Positions 1-8,066 of a stretch of DNA of 28,511 nt are shown here, one piece after another (the stretch's first letter is position 1; every line of letters starts with the position of its first letter). The stretch comes from Myxococcota bacterium. Its GTDB lineage: Bacteria; Myxococcota_A; Polyangia; Polyangiales; Sandaracinaceae. The DNA lies in contig JAYZQJ010000287.1 of NCBI GenBank assembly GCA_036149055.1, forward strand, positions 1 through 28,511, given 5' to 3'. The notes under the pieces are model-generated. The model made no database searches, was not told the DNA's origin, and worked only from the letters and a program-made list of their open reading frames with translations. The translations under genes and the position numbers were made by a program.

Positions 1-14
1 ATTGGGTGGGGGGG

Positions 15-94
15 CCCCACGGAGCCGGCTGACCCGTCACTGCGGAGGGTGCGGATGCACCCGGAGCGGTGACGGGTCTGACGGCGCAGTGGGG
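15..94 (+). repeat. Nested long inverted repeat (REP-like or structured RNA element)
   Basis: 31-43 GACCCGTCACTGC pairs with 66-78 GCGGTGACGGGTC (13 bp, one G:U). Inner stem 47-52 GGGTGC pairs with 57-62 GCACCC. Outer CCCCAC 15-20 pairs with GTGGGG 89-94. Confidence 0.6.
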
Positions 95-117
95 GGGAGG
101 GGCTGAAAGCCCCTCCC
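95..117. terminator. GC-rich hairpin just downstream of the mce stop (terminator-like or REP hairpin)
   Basis: Perfect 10-bp stem GGGAGGGGCT / AGCCCCTCCC with a GAA loop, 6 nt beyond the stop at 124. No U-tract, so terminator function is uncertain. Confidence 0.45.
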
Positions 118-123
118 AGCCAG

Positions 124-1632
124 CTACTGCGCCGCGCCGGCGAGCCCGCCGAGGAAGGGGAAGAGGCCGACGAGATCGCGGTCGTCGAAGCGGAGCATCG
201 CGCCGAGGTAGAAGTCGGCGCCGTTCTGCGACGGGATGTTCGCGTCGATGTTGAGGATGTTGTCGAGGCCGCCGAGGAGATAGAGCGTGCGCACGATCTC
301 GTAGTTGAAGCGCACCCGGAGGTTCGGGAAGGTCTGATCGCCGAAGCGGAAGAGGTCGGCGTTCATCTCGAAGCGGTCGTCGAAGAGGTGCAGGTCGAAG
401 CCGATGCCGCCGCTGGACTCGAGGATGCCGAAGCGGAAGGTGACGAAGTAGAGGCGCTTGGCGAGCTGCAGCGAGAACAGGAGGCTCTCGGTGGTGGTCG
501 CGCGGCGCTCCTCGTAGAAGGCCGGCTCACCCTCGCGGGGCGGGCTGGTGCGCACCTGGGTGGTGGTGAACTGGGTCTGGCCGCGGGGGTCGTCCACGAG
601 CTGGATGAGGAAGTAGCGGTCCTCGCTCGGGGCGATGCGCACCTCGAGGTAGTTCTTGAAGGCGTTGGCCAGGAACAGGTACTCGCTGCGGAGCGAGACG
701 ATGGTCCGGAGCCGCGCGAAGCCGCCGACGAGGTTGTTGATGCCCTCGACGACCTCCTCCGCCTCGTCGATCAGGTGCTCGTCCGAGGTGAGCCGGCCGA
801 CGGTGCCCTCCCCCGCCGCGGTGCGCTCGGTGATCTCGCCGACGTCCTCGAGCACCCGCTCGAGCTGCTGCGAGGCGCGGTTGATCGAGGCGATCGTCGG
901 CCCGACCTCGCCGACGCCCTCGTCGAGCCCGTCGCGGTTGTGCTCGATGATGCTCCGCATGTCGCGGGTGACCGCCTCGACGTTCGAGAGGATCGAGGCC
1001 AGCTCGGGCTCGGCGTTGGTCGTGATCCGCTCGATGTTCTGGAGCGTGGTGGTGACCGCGGCCTCGTTCGCCTGGATGGTGCGGTTCACCGCCTCGAGCG
1101 CCTCGGTGAGATTCCGGAGCGCCGCCGCCATCTGACGGCCCCCCTCGTCGGTGCCGAAGACGCGCTCGACCTGGGCGGCCACCGCGCGCACCGAGCCCGC
1201 GATCGCGCCGACGTCGGCCATGATGTCAGCGGTGTCGGGGGTCTCGGTCACCTGCGGGATGCAGCGCCCCTCGGTCAGCGGGGGCGCGGTGGCGTTGCCG
1301 GGATCGATCGCCAGGATGTACTCGCCGAGCAGCGAGGCGCTCCGGCGCTCGATCTGGGCGTTCTCGAAGAGCTCGACCCGCTCCTCGATCGTCATCTCCA
1401 CCCGGGCCTGCGCGCCCTCGAGCTCGATCGAGTCGATGTAGCCGACGGGGATGCCGGCGATCGTCACCCGGCTCTTGGTGATGAGGCCGTGCGCGTTGTC
1501 GAAGACCGCGCACACCGGGCGCCCCTCGTCCGTGCCCGCGCGCTCGTCGACCAGGCGCCAGATGACGAATCCCGCCACCAGCGCGGCGATCACGAGCGCT
1601 CCGACCTTCGCCGCCTTGACCCTGTCGCCCAT
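124..1632 (-). CDS. mlaD: MlaD/MCE family protein with long helical region and C-terminal beta-strand-rich (barrel-like) domain
   Basis: N-terminal TM (KVGALVIAALVAGFVIW). MCE signature AVFDNAHGL...SRVTIAGIPVGYID...SLLGEYILAIDPG. Heptad-rich middle, then GEGTVGRL and alternating beta-strands. Confidence 0.88.
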   Translation of the reverse strand: MGDRVKAAKVGALVIAALVAGFVIWRLVDERAGTDEGRPVCAVFDNAHGLITKSRVTIAGIPVGYIDSIELEGAQARVEMTIEERVELFENAQIERRSASLLGEYILAIDPGNATAPPLTEGRCIPQVTETPDTADIMADVGAIAGSVRAVAAQVERVFGTDEGGRQMAAALRNLTEALEAVNRTIQANEAAVTTTLQNIERITTNAEPELASILSNVEAVTRDMRSIIEHNRDGLDEGVGEVGPTIASINRASQQLERVLEDVGEITERTAAGEGTVGRLTSDEHLIDEAEEVVEGINNLVGGFARLRTIVSLRSEYLFLANAFKNYLEVRIAPSEDRYFLIQLVDDPRGQTQFTTTQVRTSPPREGEPAFYEERRATTTESLLFSLQLAKRLYFVTFRFGILESSGGIGFDLHLFDDRFEMNADLFRFGDQTFPNLRVRFNYEIVRTLYLLGGLDNILNIDANIPSQNGADFYLGAMLRFDDRDLVGLFPFLGGLAGAAQ

Positions 1633-1675
1633 CGTCTACTTCGCGCGCGCTCCCCGAGCGTCGACGGCCGGCATC

Positions 1676-4261
1676 CTACACTTCCGAAGCGCGGACGTCT
1701 CGACCGGGATGGCTCTCGCGAGGCGCGGGCCGATCGGCCGTCCGCTTGGCCCAGAGATGCAGCGCCGCGGGCAGCGCGAGGACCGCGGCCGCGAGGCAGG
1801 TCACCTCGCTGATCGCCATGGCCGCTCCGAAGCTGTTCAGCGCCTGGTTGCTGCTCGTGTAGATGGAGATGTAGCCGATGACCGTGGTCAGCGAGCAGAG
1901 GATGACCGCGCCGCCCGTGCCCTCGACCGAGGCCCGGATCGCGTCCAGCGGGCTCTTTCCGTCCTCTTCCTCTTCGTCGACCCGGCGCATCACGTTCACG
2001 CCGTAGTCGGCGCCGTTGCCGAAGGTGATCGGGAAGGCGACGAAGTTGAGGAAGTTCAGCCGCATGCCGAAGAGGGCCATCGTGCCCGCCATCCACACGA
2101 TGCCGACCAGGAGCGAGGTCAGGGTGAGCCAGCGCTCGCGGTGCTTCCGGAAGGTCACCGCGAGGAGCAGCATCGTCGCGAGCATCGCGATGCCGATCGC
2201 CCGGGGGCCGTCGGAGAAGATCGTCTCGACCAGATCCACGAACACCACCGCGGTGCCGGCGACCGGCGGGGGATCGTCGCTCCCCTCGGCCGAGACGCCA
2301 CGGGCCGCCTCCGCCCAGCGCGCCGTGTAGCGGCCGTCCCAGTTGTTCTCGTCCGGGTGGTGCTCGACGAAGACGAGCCGACCGCGCGTGCCGTCGCGCT
2401 CCGTGAAGGGCCGGGCGACCGAGCGCGGGAGCGCGTCGGGCTCGATCCGCTCGACGGTCTCCGGCGGGAGCTGCGCGTCGATGAGGCTCTGCATCTCCTC
2501 GTCGACGTGCGGGCGGATCTCGAGCATGAGGGCGCGCAGCGAGCCGATCATCTCGATCTTCTCGTCCTGGTCGTCGGGGACGAGCCGCTCGATCGACTGC
2601 ACGTCGCCGTAGGCCTGCGGGTACTCGTCGCGGCGGGCCTCGAACCGCGCCTTGAGCCGGCGGGCCTCGTCGCGGCTCGACGCGAGGACGGCGAGCGCGC
2701 TCCCCGACGTGGTCTCGTCGAGGATCGGCAAGCTGGCCTGGAGCACGTACTCGACGTCCGAGTCGGGGTCGCGCTCCGAGCGGAGGTTGCGGAAGTCGTA
2801 CTCGAGCGGGTCCTCGGCGATGGCCCACGCGACCAGGCCGCCGGCCGCGACGGTGAGCACGAGCGAGGTCGCGAGCACGATCTTGGGGCTGCCGAGGGCG
2901 ACCTTGGCGAAGAGCACGCCGTAGAAGCCCTTGTGGTTGCGCGTCTTGCTGAACGTCAGCGGCTTGTAGCGCTCGAAGATCACCGCCAGCGACGGGAGCA
3001 GCGAGTAGGCCGCGATCCAGCAGAGGACCATGCCGATGCCGCCGACGATGCCGAAGTCGCGGAAGCCGCGGTAGTCGGTGCTCATCAGCGAGCCGTAGGC
3101 CACGCCGGCCGCGAGCGACGCGGTGAGCGTGCCCTTCCAGGTGCCGCGGTGGCTGGCCGCCAGGCTCTCGTAGACGCCCTTGCCCTCGCGCCGGAGCTCG
3201 AAGTAGCGGGCCAGCCAGATCACGTTCGGGTTGATCCCGTTGCCGACGACGATGCTGGAGAGGAAGGCGCTCGAGGCGTTGAGGTAGTCGACGAAGAGCT
3301 CGGCGAAGCCGAACGTCAGCAGGACCGGCGGGATGAGCGCGAGGCTGAGCAGCGGGATCGGCCGCACCCGCAGGAAGAAGACGTAGATCGCGAGCATCAC
3401 CAGCGCGATCGTCAGCAGGGTCGCGTTCCGCACCGCGGCGACGAGCGAGTCGGTCTCGTCGCGCACCTCGATGAGCGTCCCGCCGTAGCGCACGTCGAGG
3501 CCGTCGATGGGCCCGATGTCGGCGATCTCGGCCTCGATGGCGTCGACGAGCGCCTCGGTCTCGGCGGTCTCGCCGCCCCGGATGTGGGTGTGCACCACCA
3601 TCAGGACGAGCGTGCGCTCGGGGTGCTGGAAGAAGCCCTCCGGGAAGCGCTCGCTCATCGCGGAGCGGGCCTCCTCGGCGTCGCCTTCGATGCGCTCGAT
3701 GGTCTCGCGCGGATCCGGCGGCGCCTCCTCGCCGAGGTCGATGTAGAACGGGTTCGCGCGCGCCCGCTCGTAGTCGAGGCGCTCCTGGAGCGCGTCGCGG
3801 ATCTCGGTGAGGTCCTCGAGGTCGGCGTAGAGGTGGCGGTGCTCCTCGACGAACGTCTCGAAGGACGAGACGTTCCAGTCCACCGCGACGACCTTGCGCG
3901 CCTGCATCGCCTCGACCCGCGGGGCGAGCTCGCGCACGAAGTCGTGGAGCTCCTGCTCGTCGTCGGCCTCGACGGTCAGGGTCAGCGCCTGCTGGCCCCC
4001 GAAGCGCTCCTGGATCTCGTCCAGGTCGCGCACGCTCGGGGCGCTGCGCGGGAGGAGCGCCGTGAAGTCGCTGTTGAGCGTGAGGCCGTCGGTCAGGCCG
4101 GGCACGCCGACGATGAAGGGAAGCGCGGCGAGGCCGAGCGCGAAGGCGCCGATCACGAAGCGCCAGGGGCCGTCGAGCTGCGCGCGGGCGAGCCGCTCGT
4201 ACCAGGCCCGCCCGGGGGTGGCCGGAGGCGGGGTCTCCGCCGGATCGCGGTCCGCCATCAC
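1676..4261 (-). CDS. MMPL/RND-superfamily lipid transporter (HpnN-like)
   Basis: 861 aa with two repeats of TM, large periplasmic loop, 5 TM. Motifs SDFTALLP, IVVGNGIN, FRDFGIVGGIG, ITFGNGADYGV, LTTVIGY. GTG start overlaps the upstream stop (GTGA). Confidence 0.88.
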   Translation of the reverse strand: MMADRDPAETPPPATPGRAWYERLARAQLDGPWRFVIGAFALGLAALPFIVGVPGLTDGLTLNSDFTALLPRSAPSVRDLDEIQERFGGQQALTLTVEADDEQELHDFVRELAPRVEAMQARKVVAVDWNVSSFETFVEEHRHLYADLEDLTEIRDALQERLDYERARANPFYIDLGEEAPPDPRETIERIEGDAEEARSAMSERFPEGFFQHPERTLVLMVVHTHIRGGETAETEALVDAIEAEIADIGPIDGLDVRYGGTLIEVRDETDSLVAAVRNATLLTIALVMLAIYVFFLRVRPIPLLSLALIPPVLLTFGFAELFVDYLNASSAFLSSIVVGNGINPNVIWLARYFELRREGKGVYESLAASHRGTWKGTLTASLAAGVAYGSLMSTDYRGFRDFGIVGGIGMVLCWIAAYSLLPSLAVIFERYKPLTFSKTRNHKGFYGVLFAKVALGSPKIVLATSLVLTVAAGGLVAWAIAEDPLEYDFRNLRSERDPDSDVEYVLQASLPILDETTSGSALAVLASSRDEARRLKARFEARRDEYPQAYGDVQSIERLVPDDQDEKIEMIGSLRALMLEIRPHVDEEMQSLIDAQLPPETVERIEPDALPRSVARPFTERDGTRGRLVFVEHHPDENNWDGRYTARWAEAARGVSAEGSDDPPPVAGTAVVFVDLVETIFSDGPRAIGIAMLATMLLLAVTFRKHRERWLTLTSLLVGIVWMAGTMALFGMRLNFLNFVAFPITFGNGADYGVNVMRRVDEEEEDGKSPLDAIRASVEGTGGAVILCSLTTVIGYISIYTSSNQALNSFGAAMAISEVTCLAAAVLALPAALHLWAKRTADRPAPRESHPGRDVRASEV

Positions 4262-5319
4262 GCGGCTCCCTCACCGGCGCCGATCGCGCTCGCCTCGTCG
4301 GACGCCTCGGCCGGACGCCACAGGGCGCCGATGGCGAGGCTGGTGCCCGCGAGGAGGAACTGACAGACGCGGTGCACGAGCGCGATGCCGATCGCCTGCG
4401 CCTCGGTGAGGGCCGGCAGGTAGTCGAGGAAGACGCGGTAGGCGCCCTCGGTGATGCCCATCTGGTTCGGGACCATGTCTCCCAGCCCGGCGCCCACGAG
4501 GTGGATCGCCTGCGACACGAGCGCGGTGCCGATCGACAGGGCGCCGCCGACCGCGAGGAGGATGAGGCCGTACTGGAGCGACTGGAAGAGCCGCCCCACG
4601 AGCGCCGCGGCGATGGGGCGCGTCGGGACGGCGTTCATCTCCTTGAGCGACTCGTCGAAGTGGGCCCCGTGGTTGGCGAGCGCCTTGACGCGTCGGCCCA
4701 GCCAGCCGCCGATGCGCGACATGCGGGCGCCGAAGAGCAGCACCGAGCCGAGCACGCCGGTCGCGACGCCGTTGCCGGCCACCAGGAGCGCCAGCGTGCT
4801 GGTCGGCCCGGACGCGGCGGCGACCGCGAGGTAGCAGGGGATCGAGATGAGCGTGTTGCCCCAGAGCGTGACGCCCTGGAGGAGCGCCGCTCCCGCCGCC
4901 GCGCGCGCGCCGCCGATGTAAGGGGCCAGGTTGGCGGCCCGCATCACCTCGCCGCCGGCGCGGCCCGCCGGCAGCAGGATCATGATGCCGTAGGCCATCA
5001 TCGCGCTGCGCAGCCAGACCGTCAGCGGCACGCCGCGGGCGCGCTCTCCGAACATCAGCCGGAGCGAGACGACGTCCATGCCCACGAAGCCGATCTCGCA
5101 GAGCATGATGAAGGGGATGAAGACCCCGGCGCCGAGCAGGGTGGTCCAGACCGCCTCCGGCCCGGCGTCGTGCACCAGGTAGACGAGGCCGCCCACCCCG
5201 AAGACGAACAGCAGCCAGCGCCCGATCGTCTTGAGGAGCCGGAACCGATCGCCGCCGTCCGCGGTCTCTTCGACCACGTCCACGTCGTCGGACGGGTTCT
5301 CTCGGGCTTCTCCGGCCAT
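4258..5319 (-). CDS. Lysylphosphatidylglycerol synthase TM / UPF0104 flippase-like membrane protein (HpnL-like)
   Basis: Multi-TM protein with motifs LLPAGRAGGEVMRA, VPNQMGITEGA and ALVHRV typical of LPG_synthase_TM. Confidence 0.75.
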   Translation of the reverse strand: MAGEARENPSDDVDVVEETADGGDRFRLLKTIGRWLLFVFGVGGLVYLVHDAGPEAVWTTLLGAGVFIPFIMLCEIGFVGMDVVSLRLMFGERARGVPLTVWLRSAMMAYGIMILLPAGRAGGEVMRAANLAPYIGGARAAAGAALLQGVTLWGNTLISIPCYLAVAAASGPTSTLALLVAGNGVATGVLGSVLLFGARMSRIGGWLGRRVKALANHGAHFDESLKEMNAVPTRPIAAALVGRLFQSLQYGLILLAVGGALSIGTALVSQAIHLVGAGLGDMVPNQMGITEGAYRVFLDYLPALTEAQAIGIALVHRVCQFLLAGTSLAIGALWRPAEASDEASAIGAGEGAA

Positions 5320-5328
5320 GCGGGGTTC

Positions 5329-6660
5329 TCAGAGCTCGGCGGCGATCTCGACCAGCTGGGCGCGCTCCGCCCAGACCTTGCGGAGAGCCTCCGCGTAACG
5401 GTCCACGGTCTCGGCGGTCTGCGCGATGAGGGGGCGCGTCTGGGAGAAGAGGACCACCGAGCCGTCGAGGAGCGCCCTCGTCCGTGGGAAGTTGGCCGGA
5501 TCGTAGCTCGCGCGCAACGCGTCGGGGTCCTCGGCCAGCTGGAAGGGCCAGCCGCCGCCGAAGCCCTCGAAGCGGGTGAAGAGCGGGTGCTCGGGGAGCG
5601 CGTGGTCCTGCCAGAGCACGCAGCCGACGCCCTCGGCGGTCAGCGCCGCCTTGAGCGCGTCGCGGAGCTTGCGCGGCGCGAGGTCGAGCCCGGCCTCGGC
5701 GGCGTCGAAGAAGACGCGCACCTTGTGGTGCACGCTCTGACGGTCCTCCGGGATGCGCTGCATGCGGAGGCCCGGCAGGTCCTCGAGCGCGGCGGCGAAG
5801 CGCGCGGCGTTCGCCTGGGCGGCGTCGGTGCGCGCGCGCAGCTTCGAGAGCTGCACCCGGGCGAAGGCCGCCATCATCTCGTTGCCCCGGTACATCTGGC
5901 CGGGGAACTGGCTCGTCAGCGCGCGCCCGCCGTCGAGGGGGCGGCTCGCGTCGTAGTGGGCGCGATCGGCGAGGCGCAGGTCCTGGCCGAAGTTCCGCGC
6001 CTGGTTGGCCCGCTCCATGAGGCCGTCGTCGTCGGTGACGAAGACGCCCCCCTCCCCGGCCGAGAGGTTCTTGCTCGACTGGAGGGAGAAGCCGGCCGCG
6101 GCGCCGAGGGTGCCGGCGCTCCGGCCCTTGTAGGCGGCGCCGTGCGCCTGCGCGGCGTCCTCGATGACGACCAGATCGTGCGCCTTGGCGACCGCCAGGA
6201 TCTCGTCCATGTCGGCGGGGTTGCCGTGCACGTGGACCGGCATGATCGCGCGGGTGCGCGGGCCGATCGCGGCCTCGAGCAGCGCCGGGTCGAGGTTGCC
6301 GCTCTCGGGGTCGACGTCGACGAAGCGCGGGATGGCGCCCTGGTTCAGCACGCAGAGCGCGGTCGCGATGAAGGAGTAGGCGGGGACGATCACCTCGTCG
6401 CCGGCCTTCACGCCCGCGGCGGCCACCGCGATCTGGAGCGCGCTCGTGCCGGCGTGGGTGAGGAGCGCGTGCTTGGTGCCGACGAACTCGGCGAACGCCT
6501 CCTCGAACGCCCGGGCCTCCGGCGCGTCACCGCCGCTCAGGATGCCCCGGTCGAGCACGGCCATCACGGCCTGCCGCTCCTCCTCCTCGACGCGAGGCCA
6601 GGTGAGGTGGTCTTCGACGGTCAGCACCGGGGTGCCGCCACGGATCGCGAGCTTCGACAT
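5329..6660 (-). CDS. DegT/DnrJ/EryC1/StrS PLP aminotransferase, cyclitol/AHBA-synthase-like subgroup
   Basis: GDEVIVPAYSFIAT, MPVHVHG, IEDAAQAHGA, FSLQSSKNLSAGEGG (PLP Lys). Start moved to ATG 6660 (MSKLAIRGGTP), which has GGAGA upstream. Confidence 0.9.
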   Translation of the reverse strand: MSKLAIRGGTPVLTVEDHLTWPRVEEEERQAVMAVLDRGILSGGDAPEARAFEEAFAEFVGTKHALLTHAGTSALQIAVAAAGVKAGDEVIVPAYSFIATALCVLNQGAIPRFVDVDPESGNLDPALLEAAIGPRTRAIMPVHVHGNPADMDEILAVAKAHDLVVIEDAAQAHGAAYKGRSAGTLGAAAGFSLQSSKNLSAGEGGVFVTDDDGLMERANQARNFGQDLRLADRAHYDASRPLDGGRALTSQFPGQMYRGNEMMAAFARVQLSKLRARTDAAQANAARFAAALEDLPGLRMQRIPEDRQSVHHKVRVFFDAAEAGLDLAPRKLRDALKAALTAEGVGCVLWQDHALPEHPLFTRFEGFGGGWPFQLAEDPDALRASYDPANFPRTRALLDGSVVLFSQTRPLIAQTAETVDRYAEALRKVWAERAQLVEIAAEL

Positions 6661-6682
6661 GCGCGGGTTCTCCGAGAGGGGG

Positions 6683-6704
6683 CGTAGATGCACGTAGATG
6701 CACG
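6683..6704. repeat. 10-bp tandem direct repeat
   Basis: CGTAGATGCA x2 plus CG, about 22 nt upstream of the aminotransferase start. Confidence 0.6.
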
Positions 6705-6737
6705 GACGGGGTCTCGTGGGTCACACGAGACCCCGTC
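6705..6737. promoter_or_regulatory. Intercistronic 14-bp perfect hairpin between ino1 and the aminotransferase
   Basis: GACGGGGTCTCGTG-ggtca-CACGAGACCCCGTC. No U-tract on either side. Confidence 0.6.
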
Positions 6738-6805
6738 GGTCTGCCCGCGGGCGCGGGCGGGGGCAAGGGGCAGCGAGAAGAAGACGCGGCGCTAGGCGCC
6801 GGGCC

Positions 6806-8026
6806 TCACTTGTCGGCGTGCTTCTTGGCCCACTCCAGGAGCATGGTCTCCTGGTCGAACAGGTTGTGCTGCGCCTGCTCGCCCGGGGAGGTGTAGGGGC
6901 TCTTGAAGTAGATGGACAGCTGGCGCTGGATGCCCTTGTCACCCTTGCGCTTGGCCGCGTCGCAGAGGCGGACGAGGTCCATGACGAGCGGGGCGGCGAG
7001 GATCGAGTCCTGGCAGAGGAAGTTGATCTTCATCTGCATCGGCACGCCGGCGAAGCCGACCATGTCGATGTTGTCCCAGGCCTCCTTCGCGTCACCGCGG
7101 GGCTTGTAGTAGTGGATGTGGACCTGGTGGTTCTCGACGCGGTAGCCGACGATCGAGTCGAGCACGGCCGCCTTCGAGAGGACCTTGGTCTTGTTCGAGG
7201 CCGGCGAGTCGAGGACGAGGCCGTCGTTGTTGCCGAGGAAGTTGACCGAGTACCAGCCCTCGACCTTGATGTTGCGGACCTTGAACATGGCCGCGAGCGC
7301 GGTCTTGAGCAGGGTCTGGCCGGTCTTGCCGTCCATGCCGGCGTAGGGGTTGCCGAGCTCGTTCGCCTGCTCCTCGAGCGCCGGGACGTTCGTGAGGCTG
7401 GGGGCGAAGTTGACGTACGGGCAGCCGAGCTTGTTGGCCACGTAGAAGTAGCGCATCGCCGGCGAGATCGACGGGTCGTTCGCGTCGAGGCCCTTCTCGA
7501 AGGCCGCGAGGCTCTTGTGCGACTCGCTGAGCTCCATCCAGCGCTCGGTCGAGGCGAGGTTGACCATCACGACGGTGTCGAGACCGTGCTCGGCCTTGAA
7601 CTTCTCGATGCAGCCGGTGATGTGCTCGAGCTCGCCGCGGAAGTTCTCCGCCTTGACGATGTTGTCGCCCTTGCAGTTCTCGGCGTACTCGCCCGAGAAG
7701 ACGGCCGGCCAGGGCTTCATGCCCTGGAGCTCTTCCTTGATCTCGTCGAGCTTCTCCTTCGGCAGGACGTTGTGGTGGACGGCGGCGTCGTAGACGTTGC
7801 CGTGCGCCAGGTCCCAGCCGCCGAAGGCGATCTCTTCGATCTTCGGGAACTGGAGGTAATCGGTCACCTGCTCGCCGGGGGCGGGGTTGCCGCCGGGCTC
7901 GGTGAGCATGCCGAGGCGCGGGGCCAGACCACGCGCCATCAGGCGCGCACCGGCGATGAGGGTCGAAGCGACGGCGCCGTTGACGCCGATGATGGCCACA
8001 CCGAGCTTGTTCTGCATCGGACTCAC
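6806..8026 (-). CDS. ino1: myo-inositol-1-phosphate (inositol-3-phosphate) synthase
   Basis: GVNGAVAST, FGGWD, VNLASTE, YVNFAPS, GMDGKTGQT, NFLGNNDG, DAKEAWD, CQDSILAAPLVMDL, YFKSP. Alternative start ATG 8017. Confidence 0.95.
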   Translation of the reverse strand: MSPMQNKLGVAIIGVNGAVASTLIAGARLMARGLAPRLGMLTEPGGNPAPGEQVTDYLQFPKIEEIAFGGWDLAHGNVYDAAVHHNVLPKEKLDEIKEELQGMKPWPAVFSGEYAENCKGDNIVKAENFRGELEHITGCIEKFKAEHGLDTVVMVNLASTERWMELSESHKSLAAFEKGLDANDPSISPAMRYFYVANKLGCPYVNFAPSLTNVPALEEQANELGNPYAGMDGKTGQTLLKTALAAMFKVRNIKVEGWYSVNFLGNNDGLVLDSPASNKTKVLSKAAVLDSIVGYRVENHQVHIHYYKPRGDAKEAWDNIDMVGFAGVPMQMKINFLCQDSILAAPLVMDLVRLCDAAKRKGDKGIQRQLSIYFKSPYTSPGEQAQHNLFDQETMLLEWAKKHADK

Positions 8027-8066
8027 TTTTCTCGAAAGGGACGTTGACTAAAACTCGTATCGCGCG

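Noticed and set aside
6..117. tRNA or SRP RNA
   Set aside because: No cloverleaf, TTC loop or CCA end, and no recognisable SRP domain IV consensus.
69..254. 61-aa plus-strand ORF
   Set aside because: Overlaps the hairpin element and is antisense to the mlaD 3' end; low-complexity Arg-rich sequence.
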